In this document: piece after piece, positions 35,727 through 45,927 of the stretch
Position numbering within the stretch: the first letter of the stretch is position 1
How the letters are laid out: each line of letters starts with the position of its first letter
NCBI GenBank assembly: GCA_015233335.1
Contig: JADFXX010000008.1
Location: forward strand, 11,798-75,797
DNA: 64,000 nucleotides
Direction: 5' to 3'
DNA from: Candidatus Omnitrophota bacterium
GTDB lineage: Bacteria; Omnitrophota; Gorgyraeia; Zapsychrales; Fredricksoniimonadaceae
The notes under the pieces: model-generated
Databases searched by the model: none
Told to the model about the DNA's origin: nothing
The model's input: only the letters and a program-made list of their open reading frames with translations
Position numbers and translations under genes: made by a program

Positions 35727-36254
35727 ATGATGGCAACGACAGCGGATGATATTAAACGCCTTCGGGAAGAAACGTCCTGCGGTGTTATTGATTGCAAAAA
35801 AGCGCTCGAAGAAGCTCAGGGCGACTTTAATAAAGCCAAAGAATTTTTGCGTAAACGGGGATTAGAGATGGCCGCTAAAAAAAGCGACCGCCTGGCTCGC
35901 GAAGGCAGGGTTGAGTCCTATATCCATAACGGCAATAAAATCGGAGTAGTAGTTGAAGTTAACTGTGAAACCGATTTTGTGGCCCGAAGTGAAGATTTTT
36001 GCAAATTTACGAAAGATGTGGCATTGCATATCGCCGCATTAAGTCCCAAGTATATAAGAAAAGAGGATGTCCCGGCTGATATATTGGCTAAGGAATCGGA
36101 CAAAGAGGCTTTTTATAAAGCCCATTGTTTGTTAGCTCAGGCGTATGTCAAGGACCCCGGTAAAAATGTACAGGACTTGTTAAATGAGCTGATCGCGAAG
36201 ATAGGCGAAAATATTATGGTAGGGCGTTTTGTGCGTTATAAAGTAGGGGAATAA
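35727..36254 (+). CDS. tsf: Elongation factor Ts (short form)
   Basis: 175 aa with [34 protein letters not shown] (UBA-like N-terminus) and [16 protein letters not shown]. Confidence 0.9.
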   Translation: MMATTADDIKRLREETSCGVIDCKKALEEAQGDFNKAKEFLRKRGLEMAAKKSDRLAREGRVESYIHNGNKIGVVVEVNCETDFVARSEDFCKFTKDVALHIAALSPKYIRKEDVPADILAKESDKEAFYKAHCLLAQAYVKDPGKNVQDLLNELIAKIGENIMVGRFVRYKVGE

Positions 36255-36258
36255 ACTG

Positions 36259-36978
36259 TTGAATAAAGCGCCGGTTTTTAAAAGAGTATTACTGAAATTA
36301 AGCGGAGAGGCCCTGCTCGGGCGCCTGCAGCACGGCATCGACGTTGAAATGTGTGCATCCCTGGCCCGTGAGATCAAAGAAGTGCATGAGGCCGGGGTTG
36401 AGATGTCCTTGGTCGTGGGCGGTGGGAATATTTTTCGCGGGCAGGTCGAATCCAAACGTTTTGGGCTGGATCGTTCCGTGGCTGATTATATGGGGATGCT
36501 GGCCACTGTCCTTAACGGTTTAGCTTTACAAAACGCTCTGGAGAAGATCAATGTGCAGACAAGGGTCATGACGGCCATTCAAATGCACGCGATTGCCGAG
36601 CCTTATATCCTGCGCCGGGCCATACGCCATTTAGAGAAGCGCCGTGTGATCATTTTTGTTGCCGGTACCGGCAACCCCTATTTTACGACCGATACGGCAG
36701 CGGCTTTACGCGCCACTGAGATCGGATGCGATGTGATCATGAAAGCCACCAAGGTGGATGGTGTTTATTCCGCGGATCCTGTGAAATTTAAAGATGCTAA
36801 AAAATTTAAGAGTCTGAAATTCATTGATGTATTAAAGAAAGATCTGAAGGTTATGGACGCGACTGCCATTAGCATGTGTATGGATAATAGTCTGCCGATT
36901 ATTGTTTTCAATCTTCTGCAGCCGGGTAATATTAAAAAAGCTATTTACGGTGAAAATATCGGTACGATTGTCCGTTAA
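36259..36978 (+). CDS. pyrH: UMP kinase (TTG start)
   Basis: [10 protein letters not shown]...[10 protein letters not shown]... Confidence 0.95.
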   Translation: MNKAPVFKRVLLKLSGEALLGRLQHGIDVEMCASLAREIKEVHEAGVEMSLVVGGGNIFRGQVESKRFGLDRSVADYMGMLATVLNGLALQNALEKINVQTRVMTAIQMHAIAEPYILRRAIRHLEKRRVIIFVAGTGNPYFTTDTAAALRATEIGCDVIMKATKVDGVYSADPVKFKDAKKFKSLKFIDVLKKDLKVMDATAISMCMDNSLPIIVFNLLQPGNIKKAIYGENIGTIVR

Positions 36979-37008
36979 TTCAAGTTTTTTGTATTTTAGG
37001 AGGTTACT

Positions 37009-37569
37009 ATGACCGCCAAAGAGATTTTAAAAGAGACTGAAGGCAAAATGAAGAAGACCATGGAAACGGTCTACCGCGAGTTTTCGGAAGTGCGTACCGG
37101 CCGCGCTCAACCTGCTTTGATCGAGGACATGCACATCAATTATTATGAAACTTCAACTCCTATCAAGCAGCTGGCCGCAGTTTCTTCTCCGGACCCCCGA
37201 CAGATTGTGATCCAGCCCTGGGATGCCAACGCGATTAAAGATATTGAAGCGGCCATTTCTAGTTCTAAATTGGGCATTACGCCGACTAATGACGGCAAAA
37301 TCATTCGTTTGGTTTTTCCGGCTTTATCAACCGAACGCCGGGAAGAGTTTATTAAGGTATGCAAGGACATGTCCGAACGCGGCCGCGTCACTCTGCGTTC
37401 AATCCGCCGCGATGCCAATGAAAAGATCAAAAAAATGCAAGGTGAAGGTCACGTCAGTGAAGATGAGAAGTTCAAGGGAGAAGAAGAAGTCCAGAAGATG
37501 ACGGACCGTTTTATTAAAGAAATTGATGCTCTGCTAGAGCGAAAAAGCAAAGAGTTGCGCGAAGTTTGA
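37009..37569 (+). CDS. frr: Ribosome recycling factor
   Basis: 186-aa RRF. GGAGG ribosome-binding site. Confidence 0.95.
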   Translation: MTAKEILKETEGKMKKTMETVYREFSEVRTGRAQPALIEDMHINYYETSTPIKQLAAVSSPDPRQIVIQPWDANAIKDIEAAISSSKLGITPTNDGKIIRLVFPALSTERREEFIKVCKDMSERGRVTLRSIRRDANEKIKKMQGEGHVSEDEKFKGEEEVQKMTDRFIKEIDALLERKSKELREV

Positions 37570-37643
37570 GACCGACTAGCTCACCCTGGTAGAGCACTAC
37601 ACTTTTAATGTAGGGGTACCGCGTTCGAGTCGCGGGTCGGTCA
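37570..37643 (+). tRNA. tRNA-Lys (anticodon UUU)
   Basis: Acceptor stem GACCGAC/GTCGGTC, anticodon loop CTTTTAA, T-arm GTTCGAGTC. No encoded CCA. Starts immediately after the frr stop. Confidence 0.75.
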
Positions 37644-37678
37644 TTTTTTTAAAACCGCCTTGGATCTTTTTAAAAGAT

Positions 37679-37759
37679 GGGCGGGTGGCGGAATGGCAGA
37701 CGCGCATGCCTTAGGAGCATGTGGGGAAACCCGTGGAGGTTCAAGTCCTCTCCCGCCCA
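37679..37759 (+). tRNA. tRNA-Leu (anticodon UAG), type II with long variable arm
   Basis: Acceptor stem GGGCGGG/CCCGCCC, anticodon stem CATGC/GCATG with loop CTTAGGA, variable arm TGGGGAAACCCGT, T-arm GGTTCAAGTCC. No encoded CCA. Confidence 0.7.
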
Positions 37760-37787
37760 CTAGTGTTCTTTAAATGTTTCATGGGAT

Positions 37788-37863
37788 GCGGCGGTAATTC
37801 AGTTGGTAGAATGCCACCTTGCCAAGGTGGATGTCATGGGTTCGAGCCCCATTCGCCGCTCCA
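37788..37863 (+). tRNA. tRNA-Gly (anticodon GCC)
   Basis: Acceptor stem GCGGCGG/TCGCCGC, anticodon stem CCACC/GGTGG with loop TTGCCAA, T-arm GGTTCGAGCCC, discriminator U plus encoded CCA. Confidence 0.75.
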
Positions 37864-37922
37864 ATATAAAATTATATAGGCTTTTTAGCCAAACCGGATT
37901 TAATACTTTGTTGGAGAATTAA

Positions 37923-38393
37923 ATGAAAATTAATGAATTTTTAAGTAATAAAGCAATTACCACAGATTTAAAATCATCAACAAAGTTGGATGTCGTTTCA
38001 GAAATGGTGACCTTGCTGGTTGACTGCGGTGATATTGAAAAAAAGAATAAAAATAAGATAGTCGAAAGCTTAATGGCCCGTGAGGCCTTAGGTTCAACCG
38101 CCATAGGTCAGGGAATTGCCATTCCGCATACCAAATCAGATACTGTGACGCAATTGATTTCGGCGCTGGCGGTTAGTAAAAAAGGCGTTGATTTTGATTC
38201 TCTCGACGGAGAGCCAGCATTTATTTTCTTTCTTTTAATAGCTCCTTCTGATTCTGCCGGTCCGCATTTAAAGGCCTTAGCTCGTGTTTCACGACTTCTA
38301 AAGGATAAATTTTTCCGCGATAGCCTCAAGAATACCAAAACCGCTAAAGATATTATGGATCTGGTCGTTCAGGAAGATTCACGCATCGGTTGA
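37923..38393 (+). CDS. ptsN: PTS EIIA(Ntr)-type nitrogen regulatory protein
   Basis: PTS_EIIA_2 fold with the active-site region GQGIAIPHTK. Confidence 0.85.
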   Translation: MKINEFLSNKAITTDLKSSTKLDVVSEMVTLLVDCGDIEKKNKNKIVESLMAREALGSTAIGQGIAIPHTKSDTVTQLISALAVSKKGVDFDSLDGEPAFIFFLLIAPSDSAGPHLKALARVSRLLKDKFFRDSLKNTKTAKDIMDLVVQEDSRIG

Positions 38394-39649
38394 CGGCGAC
38401 TTACATGTCTCAAAATTTCTCTAAATGGCTTTATCCGGGTATTAAAGTCAAGCGCTGGGTGTTTGCTTCCCTTTTTGGCGTCTTGATCGTAGGTATCGGC
38501 GCTGTTTTTGCTGTCTACCCCTATCCTTTTGTCAGCGGTTTTGGCATTGTCATTATCCTCTGCGGGATCGTATTTATTGTCCTTGGGATGGGCAAGATGA
38601 TTGTTTCGCTGATTACGCTTTTTTTGCCCCAGCGCGAAAGGGACATTGTTGATATTCTTTATCAGCGCCGGTATCTTGAACGAGGGCCTAAGATTGTGGC
38701 CATTGGAGGCGGACACGGATTATCACATTTATTGTTAGGCTTAAAGGAATATACGGCCAATTTGACAGCCATTGTCACGGTGGCTGACAGCGGGGGTTCT
38801 TCCGGGCGCTTGCGTGAGGAATTTAATATTGTGGCTCCCGGTGATATCCGCAATTGTCTGGTGGCTTTAGCCGACACCCCGGCACTGATGGGGGAACTTT
38901 TTCAATACCGTTTTTCCGAAGGGGACGGACTTAAAGGTCATAATTTTGGGAATTTATTTTTGACCGCCATGGTTCAGATCACCAAGGGTGATTTTAAAAA
39001 AGCTGTAGAGGAATCTAGCAAGGTTTTGGCGATCAGGGGCAAGGTGATCCCTTCGACCGTCCACAATGTGCATTTGGTGGCGGAGTATGCAGATGGTACA
39101 AGGACACAGGGAGAGGCGCTCATTCCCAAAGTCAATGCTCTGATTAAACGCTTATATTTGACTCCTGAAGATGCTGTCCCGACGGATGATGCTTTGACAG
39201 CCATCAGTCAGGCAGACATTATAGTCATGGGCCCCGGAAGTTTGTACACAAGCGTTTTACCTAACTTGATCATTAGAGGGATGACGGAAGCAATCAAGCG
39301 ATCATTAGCCTATAAAATTTATGTCTGTAACGTGATGACCCAGCCCGGAGAGACGGATGGATTTTCGGCATCTGACCATGTGAGGGTTTTGCTTGAGCAC
39401 ACCTTTCCTCATTTGCTGGATGCTTGCCTCATCAATAATGCCGTGGTCAGTAATGAAGAAGCCTTAAGCCGTTATCATAAAGAGAATGCCTATCCTGTGG
39501 CGGCCGATAGCGAACGCATCAAGGCCTTAGGGGTAAAAGTTGTAGCCGCTGACCTTTTAAGTGTGGCTGATTATGTCCGTCACGATTCAAAGAAGTTAAC
39601 TAAGGAATTGATCAGGCTGATTGAAACCCAGCGGGTCATCAAAAGATAG
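38390..39649 (+). CDS. yvcK: YvcK/CofD-family gluconeogenesis factor (UPF0052) with an N-terminal ~90-aa two-TM extension
   Basis: KIVAIGGGHGLSHLLLGLK...TAIVTVADSGGSSGRLR. Two predicted TM helices precede the domain. Confidence 0.85.
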   Translation: MTATYMSQNFSKWLYPGIKVKRWVFASLFGVLIVGIGAVFAVYPYPFVSGFGIVIILCGIVFIVLGMGKMIVSLITLFLPQRERDIVDILYQRRYLERGPKIVAIGGGHGLSHLLLGLKEYTANLTAIVTVADSGGSSGRLREEFNIVAPGDIRNCLVALADTPALMGELFQYRFSEGDGLKGHNFGNLFLTAMVQITKGDFKKAVEESSKVLAIRGKVIPSTVHNVHLVAEYADGTRTQGEALIPKVNALIKRLYLTPEDAVPTDDALTAISQADIIVMGPGSLYTSVLPNLIIRGMTEAIKRSLAYKIYVCNVMTQPGETDGFSASDHVRVLLEHTFPHLLDACLINNAVVSNEEALSRYHKENAYPVAADSERIKALGVKVVAADLLSVADYVRHDSKKLTKELIRLIETQRVIKR

Positions 39650-39656
39650 CATTGAT

Positions 39657-39935
39657 ATGAACAAGATTGAACGCGATGTGACCGTTACCAATAAAAAAGG
39701 CATGCATGCCCGTCCGGCGGCATTGTTTGTTGGTCTGGTTGAAAAATTTGGCGTGAGTGTGACCATAAGTAACGGCCATGAAACAGTCAACGGCAAGTCT
39801 ATCATGGGGATTTTGATGCTGGGTGCGGCAGGCGGCTCAATATTGAAGTTAACCGTTGAGGGCCCTGCGGCCCAAGAGGCCATGGATGAATTTGAAAAAT
39901 TTTTTAATAAACAGGAAGAAGAGTTAGGCCCATGA
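39657..39935 (+). CDS. ptsH: Phosphocarrier protein HPr
   Basis: MNKIERDVTVTNKKGMHARPAALFV (His15 region) and GKSIMGILMLGA. The table ORF starts at an upstream ATG at 39621. Confidence 0.9.
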   Translation: MNKIERDVTVTNKKGMHARPAALFVGLVEKFGVSVTISNGHETVNGKSIMGILMLGAAGGSILKLTVEGPAAQEAMDEFEKFFNKQEEELGP

Positions 39936-41689
39936 AAGAAATTGTTTTAAAAGGGATCCCTGCGGCCTCGGGCATTGCTTATGGTCCAGCCTTTATATTA
40001 GATAAGGGTGAGTTTATTGTGCCCAAACGCATCATTTCCTCTTTGGAAGTTGATTCAGAAATTGCCCGTTTCGAAGAAGCTGTTAACAATGCCAAGAAGG
40101 AAATTTTAGCCCTGAAGGCTAAGATCAACCAAAACATGAGGCCCGGACATGCGCAGATCTTTGATGCGCACCTTCTGGTTCTTGAAGACGCGCTATTGCT
40201 GGACCAGGTCACAGGCGCCATACGGGAGACCGAGCTATCCGCGGAATATGTGTTTTCAAGCGTCATTAAGAAATTTGTTGAAGCTTTTACTAAGATTCCT
40301 GATGAATATTTGCGCGAGCGTGCCACCGATGTCAACGATATCAGCAAGCGTGTTTTAAAATATTTGATGGATGAAAGCAAACTGCATGATCTAGACAGTC
40401 TTCAGGATGACCTGATTATCGTGGCCCATGATCTATCCCCTTCGGATGCGGTGAGTTTGTATAACAAAAAGATCAAAGGTTTCTTGACGGATATCGGAGG
40501 CCGGACCTCGCACACGGCCATTATTGCCAAGTCGCTGGGGGTCCCGGCGGTTGTTGGTTTAAAAGATGCCACCCTGCAGATCAACAATCAAGATGATGTT
40601 GTTATCGACGGAAAAAAAGGGCTTGTAATTATCAATCCCGGAGTGGAGACCAAAGAGCTTTACATTAAAGAGCAGCACAAGATCACGATTTCCTTAAAAA
40701 AACTTGATGATCTCAAAGACCTTCCGGCCGAAACCCTAGACGGTAAGAAAATTTCTCTGATGGCGAATTTGGAACTGTCTGAAGAAATATCAACGGTGCG
40801 CAAATATGGCGGTGAAGGGGTAGGCTTATACCGTACGGAATTCTTATACATGAATCGTCTTGATTTGCCTTCTGAAGAAGAGCAATATAAGGCTTATCGC
40901 AATGTTGCTGAGGCTGTCGCCCCGTTTGCGGTAACGATCAGGACCCTTGATCTAGGGGGGGATAAATTTATCTCCAGTGTGCAGATCCCTAAGGACATGT
41001 CCCCGTTTTTAGGATGCCGTGCCGTCCGTTTTTGTCTGGAACGGCCTGATATTTTTCAAATACAGCTGCGTGCTATTCTACGCGCCTCTGTACACGGACG
41101 AGTGTCGATGATGTATCCCATGATTTCGGGGTTAGCAGAATTGCGCCGGGCCAATGCTATTTTAGAGCAGGTCAAACACTCTTTACGCTCTGAAAATATT
41201 CCTTTTGATGAAAAGATAAAAGTCGGGATCATGATTGAAGTCCCGGCCGCTGTCATGACTGCCGAAGATCTGGCCCGTGAAACGGATTTTTTCTCGATCG
41301 GAACAAATGATTTGATCCAATATACCCTGGCTGTCGATCGCGTCAATGAAAAAACGGCGCATTTATATGAACCCGCTCATCCGGGGGTTTTGAAAATGAT
41401 CCAAAAGACCATTGATGCCGCGCACAATGAGGGCATTCCTGTTGCCATTTGCGGGGAAGTGGCCTCTGACCCTCTGCTGGCTTTTTTGTTACTGGGGATG
41501 GGGATTGATGAGTTTAGCATGCCTGCGGCATTGATGCTCTCTGTCAAGAAAATGATCCGCTGCATCAAGTTTCAGGACGCGCAGCGGATTGCCTATGAAG
41601 CTCTTCAATTGACGACAGGCCAGGAAGTCGAAGAATTTATTGATCTTCAATTACATGCCCTGATGGAAGGGTATAAAGCAGGGGGATAA
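39932..41689 (+). CDS. ptsI: Phosphoenolpyruvate-protein phosphotransferase (PTS enzyme I)
   Basis: GGRTSHTAIIAKSLGVPAVVG (phospho-His domain) and a PEP-utilising C-domain (GTNDLIQYTLAVDR). Confidence 0.95.
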   Translation: MKEIVLKGIPAASGIAYGPAFILDKGEFIVPKRIISSLEVDSEIARFEEAVNNAKKEILALKAKINQNMRPGHAQIFDAHLLVLEDALLLDQVTGAIRETELSAEYVFSSVIKKFVEAFTKIPDEYLRERATDVNDISKRVLKYLMDESKLHDLDSLQDDLIIVAHDLSPSDAVSLYNKKIKGFLTDIGGRTSHTAIIAKSLGVPAVVGLKDATLQINNQDDVVIDGKKGLVIINPGVETKELYIKEQHKITISLKKLDDLKDLPAETLDGKKISLMANLELSEEISTVRKYGGEGVGLYRTEFLYMNRLDLPSEEEQYKAYRNVAEAVAPFAVTIRTLDLGGDKFISSVQIPKDMSPFLGCRAVRFCLERPDIFQIQLRAILRASVHGRVSMMYPMISGLAELRRANAILEQVKHSLRSENIPFDEKIKVGIMIEVPAAVMTAEDLARETDFFSIGTNDLIQYTLAVDRVNEKTAHLYEPAHPGVLKMIQKTIDAAHNEGIPVAICGEVASDPLLAFLLLGMGIDEFSMPAALMLSVKKMIRCIKFQDAQRIAYEALQLTTGQEVEEFIDLQLHALMEGYKAGG

Positions 41690-41696
41690 GAGATCT

Positions 41697-42437
41697 ATGA
41701 AAGCGTTAATATTAGCTGCCGGTTACGGAACACGCTTAGCTTCGGTCATTCAGGATACGCCTAAGCCGTTGATCCCGGTCGGTCAGAGACCTTTGATCGA
41801 TTATGTGGTTGATAAGCTTGGGGACATTAAACTTTTAACCGAAATCGTTGTTGTGACCAACAATAAATTTACCGGCCATTTTCAAAAATGGTCAGCCTCT
41901 CAAGCTAAAAAGTTACCCATACGGGTGGTCAATGACGGAACAAACACTCCTGAAGAGCGTTTAGGGTCGGTGGGTGACATTCGTTTTGTCTGGGCTCAAG
42001 AGTCTTCCCCGCAGGACTGGCTGATTATCGGAGGGGACAATCTATTTGACCAGGATATGTCTGTTTTTATGGATTTTGCCATTCAAAAAACTCCGGCTGT
42101 GAGTATTGGTGTTTTTGACATCAAGGATATCAGTGCCGCAACCAAGTTTGGGGTAGTAGGTTTAGACAACCATCAAAAGATCACCAGTTTTCAGGAGAAA
42201 CCAAAGGATCCCGTTTCAAGTCATATCGCCATGTGCGTGTATTATTTTCCAAAACAGACGCTCGGCTTTTTAGGGGAATATTTAAGCCAATCCAAAGCGG
42301 TGGATGCGGCAGGCAGTTATATCCAATGGTTATCAGAAAATAAAACTGTTTATGGTTTTCAATTTTCCGGAAAATGGTATGATATCGGAAGTATTGAATC
42401 CCTGAATGAAGCTAGACGAGCATTTTCCAACAAATAG
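41697..42437 (+). CDS. Sugar-phosphate nucleotidyltransferase (NTP_transferase family)
   Basis: [14 protein letters not shown]...KPLIPV is the G-x-G-T-R nucleotidyltransferase motif. Confidence 0.8.
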   Translation: MKALILAAGYGTRLASVIQDTPKPLIPVGQRPLIDYVVDKLGDIKLLTEIVVVTNNKFTGHFQKWSASQAKKLPIRVVNDGTNTPEERLGSVGDIRFVWAQESSPQDWLIIGGDNLFDQDMSVFMDFAIQKTPAVSIGVFDIKDISAATKFGVVGLDNHQKITSFQEKPKDPVSSHIAMCVYYFPKQTLGFLGEYLSQSKAVDAAGSYIQWLSENKTVYGFQFSGKWYDIGSIESLNEARRAFSNK

Positions 42438-42459
42438 ACAATATAGAAAGGTGGTTTTT

Positions 42460-43611
42460 GTGAAAGGACGTTATCTATTTACCTCTGAATCCGTTGGCAA
42501 CGGCCATCCGGATAAGGTTTGTGATCAAATTTCTGACTCGGTTTTGGATGCTGTTTTTAAAGTTGATCCCAAGGGCCGTGTCGCCTGTGAGACATTTTGT
42601 TCCACAGGTTTAGTTATTGTCGGCGGGGAAATAACGACGACAACCTATGTGGATGTCCATAAGTTGGTCCGTCAGGTACTTCTGGATATTGGTTACAACC
42701 ATCCCAAATATGGTTTTGATGCCAATACCTGTTCGATCTTAAACGCTATTAATAAACAGTCACCGGACATCTCCCAAGGGGTGGATACCGGCGGCGCGGG
42801 TGATCAGGGCATTATGTTTGGATATGCCTGTAATGAAACCCCCGAACTTATGCCGTTGGCGATCATGTTGGCCCATCGTTTGGTCCAGCGGGTTGAAGAG
42901 GTGCGTAAAAAAGGCATTCTGAAATATTTGGGACCTGATTGCAAGTCTCAGGTGACTATCGAATATGAAGATGACAAGCCGCTCAGGGTTGATGCGGTGG
43001 TTCTGGCCTGTCAGCATACCGAAGAAATTCTTGATCGGACCGGCAAGCGTATCACCGAACGCGCCAAGCAGGAGATTATTAAAGTCATAGCTCATCCGAT
43101 CGTCGGAAAAATGATCGACAAGAAAACGAAATTTTACGTCAATGAAACCGGCAAGTTCGTTGTCGGAGGCCCGCAGTCTGATACCGGGGTCACCGGCCGC
43201 AAGATCATTGTAGACACCTACGGCGGTGTTGTTCCTCATGGAGGTGGCGCGTTCTCCGGCAAAGACCCCACTAAGGTGGATCGTTCCGCGGCTTACATGG
43301 CCCGTTATATTTGTAAGAATATCGTCGCGGCAGGGCTTGCCCGCAAGTGTATGCTGCAAGTCGGCTATGCCATAGGATTTCCCCAACCGGTGTCGGTAAT
43401 GGTGGAGACCTATGGGACGGGTAAAGTTTCCGAACAGCATTTAGTGTCCTTAGTGCGTAAGCATTTTGATTTATCCCCGCGCGGGATCATTAGTACCTTG
43501 GATTTGCGCCGTCCGATTTATCTAAAGACAGCCTCCTACGGCCATTTCGGACGCCCCGGATTTTCATGGGAAAAAACAGATAAGGCTGAGGCCTTAAAGA
43601 AAGATGCGTAA
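42460..43611 (+). CDS. metK: S-adenosylmethionine synthetase (GTG start)
   Basis: [26 protein letters not shown] and [27 protein letters not shown] ribosome-binding site. The table ORF starts at the upstream ATG at 42406. Confidence 0.93.
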   Translation: MKGRYLFTSESVGNGHPDKVCDQISDSVLDAVFKVDPKGRVACETFCSTGLVIVGGEITTTTYVDVHKLVRQVLLDIGYNHPKYGFDANTCSILNAINKQSPDISQGVDTGGAGDQGIMFGYACNETPELMPLAIMLAHRLVQRVEEVRKKGILKYLGPDCKSQVTIEYEDDKPLRVDAVVLACQHTEEILDRTGKRITERAKQEIIKVIAHPIVGKMIDKKTKFYVNETGKFVVGGPQSDTGVTGRKIIVDTYGGVVPHGGGAFSGKDPTKVDRSAAYMARYICKNIVAAGLARKCMLQVGYAIGFPQPVSVMVETYGTGKVSEQHLVSLVRKHFDLSPRGIISTLDLRRPIYLKTASYGHFGRPGFSWEKTDKAEALKKDA

Positions 43612-44938
43612 AACTATGATTAAACCTATCAATAAACCGCCAGTCTCTGATTTTAAGGTCAAGGACTTAGGGTTAGCTCCATGGGGCCGCAAAGAAATTG
43701 AAATTGCTCAAACCGAAATGCCGGGGCTTATGGCCATCCGCAAGGAATATGAAGGCAAACAGCCTTTAAAGGGTGCTCGGATTGCCGGTTGCATTCATAT
43801 GACCATTGAAACTGCGGTATTGATCGAAACCCTGATTAAATTAGGGGCACAGGTCCGCTGGTCATCCTGCAATATTTTTTCAACACAGGACCATGCAGCA
43901 GCCGCGATTGCCGCTGCCGGTATTCCGGTTTTTGCCTGGAAAGGTGAAAGTCTTGAAGAATATGACTGGTGTGTGGAGCAAACGATCCATTGGCCTGACG
44001 GTCAGGGGCCCAATATGCTTTTAGATGACGGAGGGGATTTGACCATTATGGTGCATGATAAATATCCCCAATACTTAAAAGACATCCATGGTCTTTCGGA
44101 AGAGACTACGACCGGGGTCCATCGTTTATATGAGATGACAAAGAAGGGGACATTAAAGGTACCGGCGATCAATGTCAATGATTCGGTGACAAAGTCGAAG
44201 TTTGACAATTTATACGGCTGCCGTGAGTCATTGATCGATGGTATCAAGCGCGCGACTGACCGCATGATCGCCGGAAAAGTGTGCGTTGTTGCCGGTTACG
44301 GGGATGTTGGGAAGGGTTGTGTCCAGTCTTTTAAAGGGCTTGGGGGGCGGGTTGTTGTCACAGAAATAGACCCCATCTGTGCTTTACAGGCGGCGATGGA
44401 GGGCTATCAAGTCATGCCTATGAATGATGCCGCTAAAATCGGCGACATTTTCGTCACCGCGACAGGCTGTGTTAATGTTATTACAGGCAAACATTTAGAC
44501 ATGATGAAAAGCGGGGCTATTGTCTGTAATATCGGTCATTTTGATTCAGAAATAGAGATCGCTTATTTGAACAAACGCAAAGATATTAAAAAAATACAGA
44601 TCAAGCCTCAGGTCGATGAATATGTCTATCCAGATAAAAAGAAGATCATTGTTCTGGCCGAAGGCAGGCTGGTCAATTTGGGTTGTGCCATGGGCCATCC
44701 TTCATTTGTGATGAGCAATTCATTTACCAATCAGGTTTTAGCACAGATCGAGCTCTGGCAGAACGGTCGTAAATATGAAAATAAAGTTTACACACTGCCT
44801 AAATATCTGGATGAAAAAGTGGCGAGCCTCCATTTAGCCAAGGTCGGCGCCAAGCTTGACGTTTTGACTGCCGAACAGGCCAAATATCTAGGTGTGAAGC
44901 CCCAGGGGCCGTTTAAGCCGGACCATTACAGATATTAA
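43604..44938 (+). CDS. ahcY: Adenosylhomocysteinase
   Basis: [26 protein letters not shown] and the NAD-binding [12 protein letters not shown]. Confidence 0.93.
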   Translation: MRKTMIKPINKPPVSDFKVKDLGLAPWGRKEIEIAQTEMPGLMAIRKEYEGKQPLKGARIAGCIHMTIETAVLIETLIKLGAQVRWSSCNIFSTQDHAAAAIAAAGIPVFAWKGESLEEYDWCVEQTIHWPDGQGPNMLLDDGGDLTIMVHDKYPQYLKDIHGLSEETTTGVHRLYEMTKKGTLKVPAINVNDSVTKSKFDNLYGCRESLIDGIKRATDRMIAGKVCVVAGYGDVGKGCVQSFKGLGGRVVVTEIDPICALQAAMEGYQVMPMNDAAKIGDIFVTATGCVNVITGKHLDMMKSGAIVCNIGHFDSEIEIAYLNKRKDIKKIQIKPQVDEYVYPDKKKIIVLAEGRLVNLGCAMGHPSFVMSNSFTNQVLAQIELWQNGRKYENKVYTLPKYLDEKVASLHLAKVGAKLDVLTAEQAKYLGVKPQGPFKPDHYRY

Positions 44939-44943
44939 TTAGA

Positions 44944-45915
44944 ATGGCTAATAAGATTAAAAAGATCGGAATTTTAACATCTGGCGGGGACGGGCCCGGC
45001 ATGAATGCGGCCATACGTTCGGCGGTGCGCTATTCTTTGCATTTTGGCCTTGAAGTTGCCGGTATTATGCGCGGGTATCAGGGGCTTATGGAGAATGACA
45101 TCATGCCTTTGAACCACCGCTCGGTATCTAATATTATCAACCGCGGCGGGACCATATTAAAAACCGCCCGTTCCAAAGAATTTGCGACAACCGATGGGGT
45201 GGCCCGTGCCGCGGATATATTACGCCGTAATAATATTGACGCTTTAGTGGCAATCGGAGGGGATGGCACTTACAAGGGTGCGAGTTGTTTATACGAAAAT
45301 CATGGGATTGCGGTTGTTGGCCTGCCGGGGACGATCGACAATGATTTAAACGGCACAGACCAGACCATCGGCTGTTCGACGGCGATCAATACGGCCCTTG
45401 AATCCATTGACAAGATCCGTGATACAGCCCAGAGTATGGAGCGGATTTTTGTGGTGGAGGTCATGGGCAACAGGTCGGGATATATCGCCATGGAAGTAGC
45501 CCTTGCAGCCGGTGCGGAAGATGTTATAATACCCGAACGTTCTTTTGATTATGAGACCATGTATAAGGGAATTAAAGAAGGCAATGCCAAGGGCAAGATC
45601 AGCTGGATCATCGTTGTCGCTGAAGGAGCGGCCCGGGCTCAAGTGGTCGCAGAAAATATTACCAAGTCGATTGGTTTAGAGACCCGTTATGTGGTTTTAG
45701 GTCATGTGCAGCGGGGCGGCACACCCAGCGGTCAGGATAGAATATTATCGACACGATTAGGAGCGGCTGCGGTTGATCTATTGCTTAACGGTATATACGG
45801 TCGAGCAGTCGGTGTTTTGCAGGATAAAATCAATGTGGTCGAACTTAAAGACGCAACACGTCGTGTTCATGAGGACATGGGCCGGCGTTATGATTTATTA
45901 AAGATTTTAACATAA
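44944..45915 (+). CDS. pfkA: 6-phosphofructokinase
   Basis: IGILTSGGDGPGMNAAIR...GGDGT...GTIDND. Confidence 0.9.
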   Translation: MANKIKKIGILTSGGDGPGMNAAIRSAVRYSLHFGLEVAGIMRGYQGLMENDIMPLNHRSVSNIINRGGTILKTARSKEFATTDGVARAADILRRNNIDALVAIGGDGTYKGASCLYENHGIAVVGLPGTIDNDLNGTDQTIGCSTAINTALESIDKIRDTAQSMERIFVVEVMGNRSGYIAMEVALAAGAEDVIIPERSFDYETMYKGIKEGNAKGKISWIIVVAEGAARAQVVAENITKSIGLETRYVVLGHVQRGGTPSGQDRILSTRLGAAAVDLLLNGIYGRAVGVLQDKINVVELKDATRRVHEDMGRRYDLLKILT

Positions 45916-45927
45916 GAGGAGGGGCAA

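Noticed and set aside
42760-43440. 226-aa minus-strand ORF
   Set aside because: It lies entirely antisense within the highly conserved metK coding sequence. The same applies to 8629-9102 (-), 9301-9600 (-), 20080-20376 (-), 61797-62273 (-) and similar antisense ORFs in the table.
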